This document shows, piece by piece, positions 42,090 to 55,600 of a stretch of DNA of 64,000 nt. The stretch comes from Camelus dromedarius (lineage: Eukaryota). The position numbers were made by a program, and so were the translations under genes. Position 1 is the stretch's first letter, and each line of letters starts with the position of its first letter. Where the stretch lies: the NCBI RefSeq assembly GCF_036321535.1, contig NC_087437.1:108998001-109062000 (forward strand), read 5' to 3'. The notes beneath the pieces were generated by a model. It did no database searches. It saw only the letters and a program-made list of their open reading frames with translations, and was not told the origin of the DNA.

Positions 42090-42242
42090 ACACATCAGCA
42101 CCGCCCGTGCGGCCGGGCCCGGGCTCCGTATTGTCCTCCCGCCCCCTCCCACCCCCTCCCACCACCCTCGGCAGCCGCCGCGTCCAGCGAGCTGTTTGCA
42201 TCCCGTCTGCCCAGCCCGGGTGTGTGTCGTGCGTGTAATCAC
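42090..42242 (+). other. BACH1: Probable alternative non-coding first exon of BACH1 (start approximate)
   Basis: ACACATCAGCACCGCCC...GTGTGTCGTGCGTGTAATCAC followed by donor GTAAGA at 42243. Preceded by GC/CCCCGCCC boxes; resembles a recalled alternative human 5' exon. Confidence 0.55.
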
Positions 42243-43120
42243 GTAAGAAAGGCCGAGTTCGTGGCTGGAGCAAAAATACCACCTTGCGGGGCTGGGTTTG
42301 GCGAGGACTGATTTGGGGGCCCGGGGATCCCAGCGCTCCCTTTGTTGGAGTTTTGCCCGCTCGTTGTAATTCGGCCTACCACAGTCGGGCGAGAGTGGGT
42401 GTTGATCGTAGAGACTGCAGCTTTGTGCTCGCTCGTCTAACGTAACACGGGTGCCGAGGCTTTCTCGTTCTTGCACGGCAGTTTTATGTCATTGAGTAGA
42501 ACTGTGCAGAAGGCTTTTGTTCAGTGAGCCTACTGCGTTAAATTTGGGCTGATTCAAGGTATAGTGTAGTAGTAATTGTGAAAGAACGTGTGTGGGAAAA
42601 ACAAGCTACAATGTCATGCTTGAAGGAACAAAGGCTGGTTTGTAGGGATGCCTATCTTTTTGGAGAATTCTATTAGTATTGGGACTGTTGCCACGGAGGG
42701 TGCACTATTAGATCTTTGTTCGTATATTTGGACACTCAGTATATCCAGGAGGGTTTGATTTTAAAGCAGTTCGGAAGGAGAAAGGGTGGAAGCACCGGCC
42801 GTGGTAGTTGACAGAGCGCTTCCACATGGTCTAGCAGAGAAATGGGAAGAGGCCGGCTTGCTCCTTCCTGGTCTTGGTTAGTGGTGCAAGGACTGGGCTG
42901 GGCTTGGTTTGAAGGCGTTTGCCGCTTCAGCCTTTGTATTAAAGAAGCCTGGGGAAAAGGGACACTTGGTGAGTCAGCTTGGAGAAGGATGGCCTTGCTT
43001 AAGTGATTGCATCGCGGCGTGCATTCTTGTTGTTTAACCTATGTCTGGGTCAGGTGGCTTACCGTTGTTCAGTATGTTGGTCGGATAGCAAGGTAGATGA
43101 CTCCTTAAAAAAAGTTGGGT

Positions 43121-43131
43121 TGCTGAGTCAT
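43121..43131 (+). promoter_or_regulatory. MARE/ARE (NF-E2/NRF2/BACH1-sMAF site) in intron 1
   Basis: Exact TGCTGAGTCAT about 1.5 kb downstream of the TSS; a second ARE-like GTGAGTCAGC lies at 42969-42978. Confidence 0.75.
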
Positions 43132-45284
43132 TCACCCCAGCCTGAGAGGTAATTAGGAACAGCTGGTGCAGATAGTCTCATCACATGCCTGCCCTGTGAA
43201 AGGCCAAGGAGCGCTCAGGAGAGGTTGCTTCAGAGGCTTGGAGCTGGGGTTGTCTGTGTTGATACAGGTAATCAGTGGGTGAGGTGCAAGTACTCTTAGG
43301 TAGTGGCCAAGGAGTGCTGAGGTGGTGTTTAAACACAGAGCAGCCTCGTGACCTACTACCTGAGAAGTTTGTGCTGGGGAGAGTTAAAACCAAGGAAGAA
43401 GTTTGCAGCCAGGAGTAACCTTATAACAGTATTGTAACAAAAATATTTACTATTCTTACTGTATTTAGTTTTTTGTTTTCTTTTTGTGGTTTGGTTGTTG
43501 TGGGGTTTATACATTTCAGAAAGTGAACTTAATTTGTTCTTGGTGAAGATTTCTTTAGGAGAGCACAAAAGGAGACTTCCTTTGGGTTTTCATGGCCCCT
43601 GGCTTTTCATGCCTTCACTGGTAGTTTCTGGTGGCAGAGATGAAGGTAGGGAGAATGGGAGTGGAATTAACAGGTGTCTTTGGGTCAAGTCTAGAAAGAG
43701 CTGTCTAATCAAAGGCAAACCATATGTATGTCTGTCTCATTGTCTTAGTTGTGGCGCTGGTGTCTTTATATCTTGGGTCATTACTTGTTGCTTTAAAAAT
43801 GAGCACAGAACCCAAGCACACAGCCCACATTGCTGACAAAGTTTAGGAATGGGAAATGTGGAGTGGGGGGATCCGACCTATCTGTGGTCTAAAGAATGAC
43901 TGATTCTTATTGATGGCAGTTTATTGAAAACATTTTGTACTGGGGAAAAAATGCTTTACATTTGGGATTAGAAAGGAGTAGAAATCATACATTTTTTAGG
44001 GATTAGGGTTTCTAAGGTGGATGCAGGATTATTCATTTGTAAGAAAATACTAAACCTTTGGTTTTTAAAACTTTACTTTTGTATAAAATGTAGACATTGA
44101 TCTTCAAGATACAGGTTAACAGTAATACATGCACATTATGTAACATGGGTTTACACCCCCCTTTTTTCTGCTGGGAGCATAAAGACTTTGTTAACCACTG
44201 CCAATAACACTTTCAACAGCTGGAGTACTTTTTTTTTTTTTTTAAACTTCTGATTTCCTCTAGAAAGCTATCATTCTTTCAAAGTGTTCTTAATATTCAT
44301 TTAATTTTTATTTCATATGTAGTTCTGTTCTTTTATGGTGTATTTTAAAGATTAGACACATGAGTGTAAATTTCTTATTGTGTTGTTGATGTAAAGAATG
44401 GAAATAACAAAAAAATACAGAGTTGCCCATTACTTATGATACTGTGTAGTTTGAATTTGAAGGCAAGCCGGGTGGTTGATTAATTTCATGGAAACGCCCT
44501 TAAGTGTAGTAATATGTAAAAAGGGGTAGCGGGACCACCGGAAGACAGTCTACACGTTGGAGCACAATTTGTATATAACACATTCTTCAAAAAATTACTC
44601 TGTCCTGTTATTCCTTGAAGTCTGCATTTTTGGGGGACCAAGTTTACAAGGGCTCCTTTAACAAAGATTAATAAAACTACACAGTCATCAGATCACTCGG
44701 GAAGTGGCATCCCCCAACCCCTCAAAAGAATGTTATTTATGCAGGAAATTAACCTTCTAGGCATGCTGGGCGATGGTTAGTATTTACCATTCTGTTAAAT
44801 CTCATAGACCATATGCCTTCTGCACTCCTGTACTGTGAGAAATGTTGCTGAGAATAATGATTGCAAAGCCCTTTAAAATGACTCTTGTCAGAGATTCTTT
44901 TCTCAATGCTGATCTCTCCAAGACTTGTGTTTTAGGAACCATCTCTTCCTCCCAATTTTCTGATTAATGTTCTGTTAATGAGACAACTGCTTTAACCCTA
45001 AACTCACATTTCTTGAGGATTCTGCTAAATAGAGGGTGTATTTAATGTAGTGGAATGGATGACTTACAAAAGTATTTTGATTAAAAAAAATATGCTGACT
45101 AAGGTAATCTACTGAAGCCCAAGGTATGGATAATTTGAACATGGCTTGCCAGAATCCAGGCCCCTTGGAGAGGGTAAACATTTCATGATGGCAGATAAAA
45201 TATAGACTTACGCCATCATGAAACTTGGCTTCTGGCTTAGGGCATGGCATTAATGGAACTGAAGTTGTGGGGTTGACAGAGAAG

Positions 45285-45520
45285 CAGTAAGTGAAGTCGT
45301 TTAAAGTGGGAGATCTGGATCTGGACTGCCGAAGTTCAAGTTCTCACTGTGTTACTTACCTGCTGTGAAGCCTTGAGCAGATTTCTTCACTTAGTTGTGC
45401 CTCCTTTCCTCATCTGTAAAATAGGGATGATAGTAATAGAATCTGTGTCATGGAAATTGTTTACAAATTAAGTGCATTAGTACTTGTTAAGTGGTTAGCA
45501 CAGTGCTGGCTCCATATGAA
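45285..45520 (+). mobile_element. MIR SINE (intronic)
   Basis: acttacctgctgtgaagccttgagcag...tttcctcatctgtaaaatagggatgatag...ttagcacagtgctggc. Confidence 0.8.
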
Positions 45521-48500
45521 ACATCAAGACGTAGGAAAGGTTATTGTCTGTTCTTCAAAATCAGGGAAGTGCTTGGTTATACAGCGACCTTTTGCAGCCT
45601 CCTTGAGCTGCATTTCACCCAATGATCACAAGAAACACTGAGAAGAAGCATGGGGGTGTGCCACACGTGGCTGCTACTGGCAGAACAACTCAAGTGGTAA
45701 GTTAACTGATCAGTTAACAGAAGCATCTCAAACCCCCAACTTCTTAGGGCAAGGAACACAGGACATAGCCTTTTATTGAAGAAATCTAACAGTCTAAGCA
45801 AAATGCTCTAGTGACAGTTATTATCAGTTAATTGGAATTGGTTTTTGAAGAAATAAAATCACTTGTCACTCTGCATCTAATCTGTTCTTCACATGATAGT
45901 TGAGGACACTGTCTGACAAGGTTAGGAGCCTGTCCTCTCCCTTCCTACTTATTAACATCATGACAGAACTCATTTCTTGATTCTCAGTCCTGGCTTGTAT
46001 GTTGTGACCATTTGGAATGTAAATTTACTTGTCAGTTACTTCTAAGGACTGTTTTTTTTTTTTTTTTAATGACATGCTTATGCTAATATAGAAAAATTAT
46101 CCACAATAAACAGTGTATGTGTTTACCATATGGCTTCTTGCACCTGTTAGTAATTCACAAAGGTTGTGGCAAACATTTTGACCATCCTTTTGACTAGAGT
46201 GTAAGTTTCTTGATGAGATAAATGTCTCCTCTTTTATCTCTGTGAAACATTGAGTGTGCTATGGCCATGTTTGTTCAGTAAACTGTCAGGTGCTGCACTG
46301 GTGGTATACTATAAGTTAATTTTAGTTCTATGGTTTTGAAACTTGGGAATATTTGAGACTGAAGGAGAGAACAGTCTGTGTTGTACCTCTAAAGTTATTT
46401 TAAATGTGTGCTGAGTTGAAACTTGTGGTAGTTTAGAATTCTGCTTTCTGTTTCCATCATTGGTGTGAGGATTAAGGAAGCAGCTAGATTTAAATCATTC
46501 ATTTAGTTCGTCTCCTGAGACAGAAAGAAAATTTGTCTTGTGGCTTCTTTTTACTTGTAATTGACTTAGAATTGGATTGAGCAAAATGTAATTTGGGTCC
46601 TTTAGATGTTAAACCTCTTGTACGACTGCTGAAACTTTCCTTTAATATGATCACTCCTCTAAAACAGATCCTTTGTTTTGTTTAGGATCAGGGACAGTTT
46701 AGAGAATATTAATAGGATTATAAAAATTGCCCCCAAGCAAACATAAGGAACAAAGAAATAGTGGTTGCCAGAATCTTGGTTGTTAATGAGTGTCATCGGA
46801 GCACAGCGGGCATGCGGTGAAGTTGGTGTGCACTGGTTCCTTTCTCAGCACTGGCACAATTTAGGAAATGTTACCTCAATGCAGCTGAAACTGTGTGCAA
46901 ATCATGTCCTTTTAAAAATAAATTTAAGTTATTTTTCTAATGCCTTGAGAAACTTAATATTTAAAGGATATTTTTCTAAGAAAATAATTATTCCCAGCTT
47001 CTATCTGGTAAAGTAATTTTCACTCTTTGTATTTGTCATTTCTTAGGTTGGCTCAGAGTCATGGTGGACAGTTGCACTCCACTCCCCACTGGCTCCCCCC
47101 CGCCCCCATGTGGAATTACTCCAAAAAGTGTTTTGTATAGTGGGGCCATTTTTTTCAGTTCCTTTGTAGCATGGGTATTGGCAATATTCCACCTCCAAGG
47201 TTATAGACTAACTTGGTGTGGGTATGGGGAATGTCTTGTCTCCCTCTTCTGCTCTTTTTTTCCCCCCATTGATTTCTTCTCTTTACTGACTTGTCAGCCT
47301 CTAAGATTCCCAGGGGAGATGTTTTTGGCCTGAAGAGGTGAACTCTTAGGGCCTTGTTGAAGAAATGGGGAGACCCGTTCAATCAACTTCCTGTTTGCTA
47401 ATATCTTCATATCTTTAATGCCTTATTCCTCCAAAATGTGCCAGTGCCTTTTGGAGGTCGGTTAAATAAGTGAGGAGAGTTACTTATCCATTAGAAAGTT
47501 TTCTCTAAAATATGTGGCTGTAAAAGATTTATTAGTCTTTCAGTAACTTTATTAGGTTATCTTTTTAGAATAAGTAGTTTTTGGTAAGGTCAGTACTTTC
47601 ATTTGTGTGTATTTTGCACTGAAATATTATTTTATAAAATGTAAAGTGGTTGTAAATCTAGGCCCAAGGTGCTTCATTTTCAAAGTACCCAGTGTCTTTT
47701 GTGTCTCTTTTTCTGTGGACTATTCCTAGCATGGCTCAGGGCTCTCTCTCGATAGAATTTATTACTAAAATTAGAAGGAGAAGTAAGAGAAAAAAAAGCT
47801 ATTGCCCTTTTAATCAGTTTTTCCACATTAGTAAGATATGTTTGAAATCGAAAAACATTTTGCCCAGCTGAACAAGGTTCTTTGCTTACATACCTTCATT
47901 CCCAGCTGTCATCCAGAGAAATCAAGGGAAATTCAGGTTAGGGATGAGTCTGTAGCTACTCTCAACTTTGCCTTCCTGTCTCTTTGTGGTAAAGGACTGT
48001 TGCAAGTATTATTCAAGCTCTAGATACATTTCTTTTTCTTCTTCTTCTTCTTCTTTTTTTTTTTTATTTTTTTATTTTTTAAGTGCTTTGCCTTTGAGGG
48101 CATGCCTGTGTCACTGGCCTAGTTTGCTGTCTGTTGCAGACTCCAACAAGAAGGCTGGGACACCTTTCCCTCCCCGGAGCAGGTGGGCAGCAGTGCTCCC
48201 ATTGGCAGAGTCGCTGGGATACACGCACACCTCCCTGCCATTGGTTCTCAGGTACAGTGTGGAACCATCCTCCCTTCTTCTATTGAGTTAACTTTGACCA
48301 GCTCTCTGATCCCTGGAGAGTAAAGAATAATGTGTGTTTTCAAGTTTCAAGGCACTTTGGTCTCTTACCTTCCTGTGCATGCTGTACTTCTCCCCCAACT
48401 TACACACAAACCCACATTCAACGTTTGGTGTGTGTAGATAGTAGGGCTGTTAAACTCATTTCAGCATTTGTGGTCTGCCTACATGTTAGGCATTGGGTTT

Positions 48501-50733
48501 ACAATTTGATTTATTAAGCAAGTATTTATGCCTTTGTATGCTAGGAACTTTTCTAGATGTTGGCCGTACAGAATTTCTCAGAAGTGACAATCTGACAGGC
48601 AAACCTAAATTACCATACCATGTGTTAGTGCTAAAATAGCAGCGGGTAGAATATGCCTTGAAGCCATAGGATATGAGAAGCTTAAGTCTTGGGAAATTAG
48701 GAAAGCCTTGGAAATGTCAGTGATGAATACATAGTTTAGTGGAGGAAGCAGCTTGTTTTGACAACACTTTTGAGCAGCCTAACGATGAAGAATAGAGAAG
48801 AGAGAGAGATTTTAGTAGGGAGAGGTTGGATCAGGAAGGTTGTGTGTCTGTATGTATTTAAGATTAAGTCAGTGGGAAAAGGTTGAAAATGCAGGCTATG
48901 TCTTTATTTTGTCCATGGCTAATTCCTCTTATGGTTGTAAGATGACTGCCACAAGTTCAAGTGTCACAAGTAAATATGACTCAGTTTCTTGGAAGAACAC
49001 TTTTTTTGTGATTATACATTGAAAAGTAGCTATCTGAGGAGGGTTCAGTATGAAGTCTACAGCTTAGAGATGTTAATTTTGACTCCCAAGTTAACATAAG
49101 TAACAATAAATAGATTTAAAAATTGTAGTTTTAGCTAGTGTACTGAGATACCTAGCACTATAGTGGCTATCGGGTTAGTGGATAAGGTTATTTTTAAATA
49201 AAGCATTTCAATTTAATATCTCTACTAAAATTTAAAAGTTTCAAATTTGTGATTAGTGCAGTATTCTAGTTGTTCTACTGTAACTGCTGCCTTATTTAAA
49301 ATTGTTACTTAACATTTTTTCCTCTTTGTCTTTTTTTTTTTTTTGACTCAAATTTATTATGAGTTGGAGCAAGAAGGTGTTTAAAGAATAGTTGGGAATT
49401 TGAAGGGCACCGTTTTGGTGGTTTGTTTGCTTTTTCAGTTACTTTGCATATTACATTTGTCAGCTCTTAGACCTGCAGGGGGTCATTCTCACCTAGATTC
49501 AGTTTTAGGGCTTTCACTTCCTCTGGGCAGTCAGAAATAAATAATGTGGATCACGGTTATGCTTTTTACGGTTTGAAAACAAAATGGACATATGAAGAAC
49601 GTTTAATATTTCATTATGGATGTAGGACATGAACACTTAATATTATGTATTGAAAGTAGCATTTAGTGAACTATCTCCAGTCTATCAGTCTTTTAATTTT
49701 CCATATGTAGTTGGGTATAACTACAGACTTTGATTTGAGTTCAGCGTAGTTTAGTGTCAGATTCTGTTTAGTGATCTATGAGATTGTTTATATAATCCAA
49801 GAAGTGTTCATCAGAAATTAACTAAATATAAGGCAAAAAATTTCTCTTAAATGCCCCTTCAGTCTGTCTGACGTTCTCATCACACACAGAGGATGCTTGA
49901 GGCATTTCCCTCTATCCTTCGTTTTTACATCCTCCTCACCTTTACCCTCGCCCCCAACACAACCTGCAATTTAGGTCCTGTAACATGAATTGAAATGTAG
50001 TATCTGGACCTAGGGCACAAGACTTTTTAACCTCTAAAGTTAACTGACCCTCTCAGGGCTTCAGTTTCCTCATCTGTAGCAGAAGTGGGGGAGTGGGTTG
50101 TATTGAACAAATGTGCTCTTTTAGTTAGAAAAATCTTTAGGCCTGTGAAATTACCAATTATCCTGAACAGACTTGGATAATTTTAATATTTTCCTTTTAT
50201 CTCATTGAGATCTTTATTAGGCTAGGTTCAGGAATCTCTGTATTTTGTAGCTTAACTCTGAGTTTGTGGACCCTTTTAAAATGCAGTTTTCTTTTGGTCA
50301 CTTGCATAAAGATGGCAGTAGTAGCGCTAAAATATTAATGATGTTATGCCAGGCACTGTGCTGTTAAACGCACCAAACCATTTAATCCTTAGAGTAAGTG
50401 TTGATGGTGTTATCCTTACGGGGAACCTGCGAGGTCAGATATCTTACAGAAGACCGCACAGTTGGTAATATCTGCAAAGCCTTCTGTTCTTTCCAGTATC
50501 ATGCTGCTGGTGTTAAAATAACCTGAAATTGACTTTTTTGGCATTTCCTAATTCTGTGTATTTGTTTAGCATTTCATCCTTTTTAAAGGGCTTTGTAACA
50601 CAAGTAGGGCCAGGACTCCCTCCTTAAGTCTCAAGGATGCACATTGCCCTTGTTCATAGAGCTGGACCTGACTCGATGGGTCTTTTCTCCTTATTTTCCT
50701 GTAATAGGGTTTTCTTTTTCTGCATCAAAGCAT

Positions 50734-51191
50734 TTTTTTTAACATTTTTTATTGATTTATAATCATTTTACAATGTTGTGTCAAATTCCAGTGTAGAGCA
50801 CAATTTTTCAGTTACACATGAACACATATATATTCATTGTCACATTTTTTTCTCTGTGGGCTGCCATAAGATCTTGTGTATATTTTCCTGTGCTATACAG
50901 TATACTCTTGTTTATCTATTCTACAATTTTAAAATCCCGCCTATCCCTTCCCACCCTCCAACCCCTTGGCAGCCACAAATTTGTATTCTATGTCTGTGAG
51001 TCTATTTCTGTTTTGTATTTATGCTTTGTTTTTTTGTTTTTGTTTTTGTTTTTTAGATTCCACATATGAGCGATCTCATATGGTATTTTTCTTTCTCTTT
51101 CTGGCTTATTTTACTTAGAATGACATTCTGCAGGACCATCCATGTAGCTGCAAATGGCATTATGTTGTTGGTATTTATGGCTGAATAGTAT
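50734..51191 (-). mobile_element. Young lineage-specific L1 3' end, antisense in BACH1 intron 1
   Basis: Close reverse complement of ~6505-6968; flanked by the imperfect direct repeat t(c/t)aaagcat(t/a)ttttt. Confidence 0.9.
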
Positions 51192-51569
51192 TTAAAGCAT
51201 ATTTTTATTTTAAATTTCTGTAAAGTTTAATTTATTCTTTTGTGACCACTGTGAAGATACCAGTGGAAGCTACTGTGTTTTAGAGTTGCCCATGAATTTT
51301 CCAGGTAGTGAAACCAATATCCACTGATGACTGGAGAAAATACCTATTATAAAGGAGGAAAAAAGTAGTTGATATTCCTTGGAAACCTTCAAGACAACCC
51401 AAATAAATGTGAACTATATATATATATTTGATTTATGGTTTGTTGTGTGAGCATTCTTCTGATTATAAAGTGACATGGGTTTATGGTTAAGAATTTGAAT
51501 GCAGAAACAAATCAAAATTACTTAGATGTAACCATTGTTAGTATTTTGATATATATCCTAACTGGAGGT

Positions 51570-52230
51570 GGGGGAACCAAGGTTTCTGGACATGTTAAAT
51601 GTGAGATACCTGTTAGACGTACAGGTAGTAATTTGAGTATGCGGTTGGACACAGGAGTACGAAGTTCAGAAGAGTGGTCGAGATTACACAGATATAAATA
51701 AGACAGTGTACAGCAAGTCCACGAGTGATTGTGTCCTCCTCGTGGGTGTGGATGAGTTCACGTTGGGAGTGTGTGCAAAGAGGAGGGAAGATCTGAACAC
51801 CAGGCCCTGGCTCTCCAGCATTTAGACGTTTGGAGGAGACGGAAGATCCACCTCATCGACGCATGGCTGCTGAGGACCTGGTAAATCAGAAGACTGTGGT
51901 ATCCAGGAAAGCTAGTGAAGAAAGGATTTCAGAGAGGGTGTGATCACCTGTTGAGTGTTACTGAAGCTTTGCCACTTGGCAGTGTGGAGGCCACTGACCT
52001 CACTAAGTGACTCCCATGGATGGAGGGGAAAGGGCCTGCGTTTAGTGGGCTTAGATGAAATTAGGAAGAGAGGAAAGTGGAGAGCTGTGAATATAAATGG
52101 CTCTTTTGGGGAGTTCTCATACAAAGTGGAGCAGGAAATTCTACTGTAGATTGAAGGGTATGGGGAAGGGTAAGGAAATTTTATTTTAAGAGAAGAGCCA
52201 TTACAGTATTTTTGTACAATAATGGGAATG
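51570..52230 (-). mobile_element. LINE-2 fragment
   Basis: ggacatgttaaatgtgagatacctgttagac...ttggcagtgtggaggccactgacct, typical antisense L2. Confidence 0.7.
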
Positions 52231-52536
52231 TTGCCTGTTCTTCTTTTTTTTTTTTTTTTTTTTTTCATATTTTCCTTGGTGAGATTTTGCAGAAGTTTGT
52301 CAGTTTTATTGGCCTTCTCAAAGAATCAGCTCATGGTTTAATTCATCAGTTCTATCAGAAGCTAATGCAAAATTTTATTATGTGAGTGGTTTTCTTGATG
52401 GAAGTACAGTAGATTTCATCAGATTCTGGAAGTTGGAGAGCCAGTGCCCTAGTTTGGCAGTTCAATTTGTTTCTTTAGAAGATACACTTAAGACGTTTTT
52501 AAAGAATCTGTTTGAGTTGATTCCTCTGTCAGTATA

Positions 52537-52712
52537 GGAGGGAGGGTATAACTCAGTGGTAGAGAGTATACTTAGCATGCATAAGCTCCTGGGTTCAATC
52601 CCCAGTGCTTCCATTAAAAAAGTAATAATAATAATCAATAAATAAACCTAATTACCACGCCAAATGAAACAAACAAAAATGAAATAAAAAGTAAATACAT
52701 AAAAATTAAAAA
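52537..52712 (+). mobile_element. tRNA-Ala-derived camelid SINE (vic-1-like)
   Basis: gggtataactcagtggtagag...cttagcatgcataagctcctgggttcaatccccagtgcttcca plus an A-rich tail containing aataaacctaattacc; candidate TSD 52517-52536 / 52713-52732 (16/20 identical). Confidence 0.85.
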
Positions 52713-53879
52713 TTGATATCTTTGTCAATATAAACTGTTAAATAGTATGAATAACGTTGTTCCCAAACAAGAATAAATCTTACTATATTTTTCTATCCTT
52801 TCTATCTCCTAGTTTTGTCAAAATAATCTAAGAGTTTAAAGACTGATTTTTCTATCAATTTTTTTCCATTTGAAGAATCTTTTAAAAGTTTCATTAAGAC
52901 TCATAGCCAAGTTATCAACAGTTTAGACTTAACCGAGTTTTACTATTTTTTTGTTTAGTACCTATTTAAACATCTTTAAAGTTTGTTTTGACAAAGTATT
53001 GCATGTTCTTGGTTTAAAAAATAGATTTATCATAACACAACCTCATCTGTTGCACCCCACCCAACCCCTAATACTACTTCAGATATATTTATCTTTACCC
53101 ATTTCTGTTATTTAATTTTTCTAGTGGTTTCTTCTGTGTCTCTAAGATGTTTATCCCTCGGTTTATTTATGAACCTAAGGTGTTATCTGTTTCCATAGCT
53201 ATTGATTTTGTTTACTTCTACCATCTCCTTACCTGTATTTACAATCATTCCATTTCTGTTCCTGGTCACTGCTACAACTCCCATTTTTTTTTTTTTAATT
53301 TGGTCTCATTAATATAATTAGTATTTTTGACTCTGTACATTATAAGTCATATAAAAATATTACCTTTCATTTCTCTCTGATTCCTTCTCTCAGCTTGTCA
53401 TTTTTATTTTGTCAAGGTTCATAATTATACTTTATTTTATAACTGTAATTAAGTCTTCCATTATTTGTCCTGAAAGTTGAAAACCAGGTAAGAGTGTTCA
53501 TGTTATTATACCTGTGTCAATATTGGGCACTGGAGAGCTAAGTAACATGCTGTTACACTTCTTACCTTACAGTTCCGTGTCACCCAAAAACATTTCTAAC
53601 ATCAAATTCAAATAATAGCAATTACTGAGACTCATTACTGTCCTGAGCATTATGTGTATTATTTCATTTGATCCTCCCAGTAAAAAGTAGGAGTCTTTCC
53701 CCTTAATCATTTAAAAAAAAAAAAAAAGAAAAAGAGGAGGTAATTCACTAATTCACTCTTTATGGGAATTTTGGAGAATTTTCTTTTTTTTTTTTTCACT
53801 TTGAGTTTCTTGTAGGAGACCTAAGTTAACTGGGTAGTAACTACTGTACCTCCCTTTCTGCCCATCAGTTGCTCAACTT

Positions 53880-55600
53880 AGAAAGCCTACAGTTAACATC
53901 ATATTTCATGGAATAGAGAATTTGAGATTTGCAGATACTAACTACTATATGTAAATAGATAAACAACAAGTTTATACTCTATAGCACAGGGAACTGTATT
54001 CAATAACCTGGTAGTAACTTATGATGAAAAAGAATATGAAAACGAATATATGTATGTTCCTATATGACTGAAGTATTGTGCTGTATACCAGAAATTGGCA
54101 CAACATTGTAAACTGACTATACTTCAATAAAAATATGTTTAAAAAAAGCAAAACAATAAAAAAGAAAAATCATTTCATGGTGAAATATTGAACACTTTCC
54201 TTACAAGGGAATAAAGCAAGGATGCCCTCTCTCACCACTCTCACAATTCAATCAGCAGTAAGGTGGAAAAAGAAATAAGAGTAAAGATGGGTAAGAAGTA
54301 AAACTGTTTTTGCAGATGACATGATTGTGTACATAGAAAAATCCTAAGGAATCTACAGAGCAACTATCAGAACTAATAAGTGCATTAAGTAAGGTTACAG
54401 AGAATTCCAGGTAAATATGAAAAAAAATCAATTTTGTGTTTACATAGTAGCAGCAGAAAAACCAGAAAATGAAGTTTAACAAACAAGTTCATTTATAGTA
54501 ACTACCAAAAAACCCACACAATACTTAGGAATAAATTTAACGAAAGATATGCAAGACCTCTTTACTAAAAACATCTGAATAATGCTAAGAGGAACTAAGA
54601 CCTAAATAAATGGGGAGATAGTGCTGAGTTCATGCATCAGAAGACATAGTTTGTTAAGATATTAAGATATCGGTTCTCCTAGAATTGCTATATAGATTTA
54701 TTGTTATCCTAATCAAGATTCTACTGGCTCTTACAACTTAATAATAAGAAAACAACCCACTTAAAAATAAACAGAAGAATTGAACAGGAGTTTCACAAAA
54801 TAAGATATACAAATGGCCAATTAGCATATACAGAGATGCTCAACATCATTAGCCATCAAGAATGCAAACTAAAACCACAGTGAAGTACCACTGTTTGTTT
54901 ATTTATTCGGGTTAGCGAAGATGAAAAAGACTGACAATATCAAGGTTGGTGAGAAATGTGGAGCAAATGGAGTTGTCATATATTGCTGGTAGCAGTGAAG
55001 GTGATACAGTTACTTTGGACAAGTGTTTAGCAATTTCTAAGAAGATAAACATGAACCTACTGTATCACTTAGGTTTTCTACTCCTGGGTATTTCATTACC
55101 CAGGAGAAATGAAGTTTATGTCTATGCAGATGTTCATTGAAGCTTTATTACAATAGTCCCAAATGGAAAATAATGCAGTTGTCCATCTTTATTACAATAA
55201 ATAGTTCATCAACAGACAAATGGATAAACAAATAGTGGTACATCCACACAATGGCATAGTTTTAAGCAATAAAACCCCAGACATCTGATGTATGCAACCT
55301 GATTGTCATTAAGTTGCGTGACAAATGTGAAACCAAAGTACATGATGTGTGATTCCATTTATGTGAAAGTTGTAGAAAATGCATGCTGATTGAGAGTGAC
55401 CTAAAGCAAATCATTGGTTACCTGGAGCCAGGGGAACAGGGCAAGAGAGACCTCAAAGGGGCATTGGAATTTTGAGGAGTGATGGAAATTTATCTTGATT
55501 GTGGTAATGGTTTCATTCACATATTCAGGTGTCAAAACTCATTGAATTTTATACTTTAAATAATGTAATTCATTCTATTTAAATCATACCTCAAAATTAA
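53880..55600 (+). mobile_element. Old LINE-1 ORF2/3' fragment carrying a younger L1 tail (~53912-54171)
   Basis: ORF2 RT-region motif tttgcagatgacatgattgt (FADDMI); the nested tail is flanked by ATTTCATGG at 53903-53911 and 54172-54180. Confidence 0.85.

Larger units (their letters stand above)
41200..42480. promoter_or_regulatory. CpG island / BACH1 promoter
   Basis: Abrupt very GC-rich, CpG-dense stretch in otherwise AT-rich, CpG-depleted DNA; spans both first exons. Confidence 0.92.

Noticed and set aside
40844..42476. Long ORFs (183, 307, 300, 142, 167 aa) across the CpG island
   Set aside because: Low-complexity G/R/A/P translations expected where stop codons are scarce in GC-rich DNA; several start at GTG/TTG; no recognisable domain; they cross the exon 1 donor.
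52541..52615. Apparent tRNA-Ala gene (also ~27575-27650)
   Set aside because: Stem-disrupting substitutions, SINE A-rich tail and candidate TSD indicate a SINE, not a functional tRNA.
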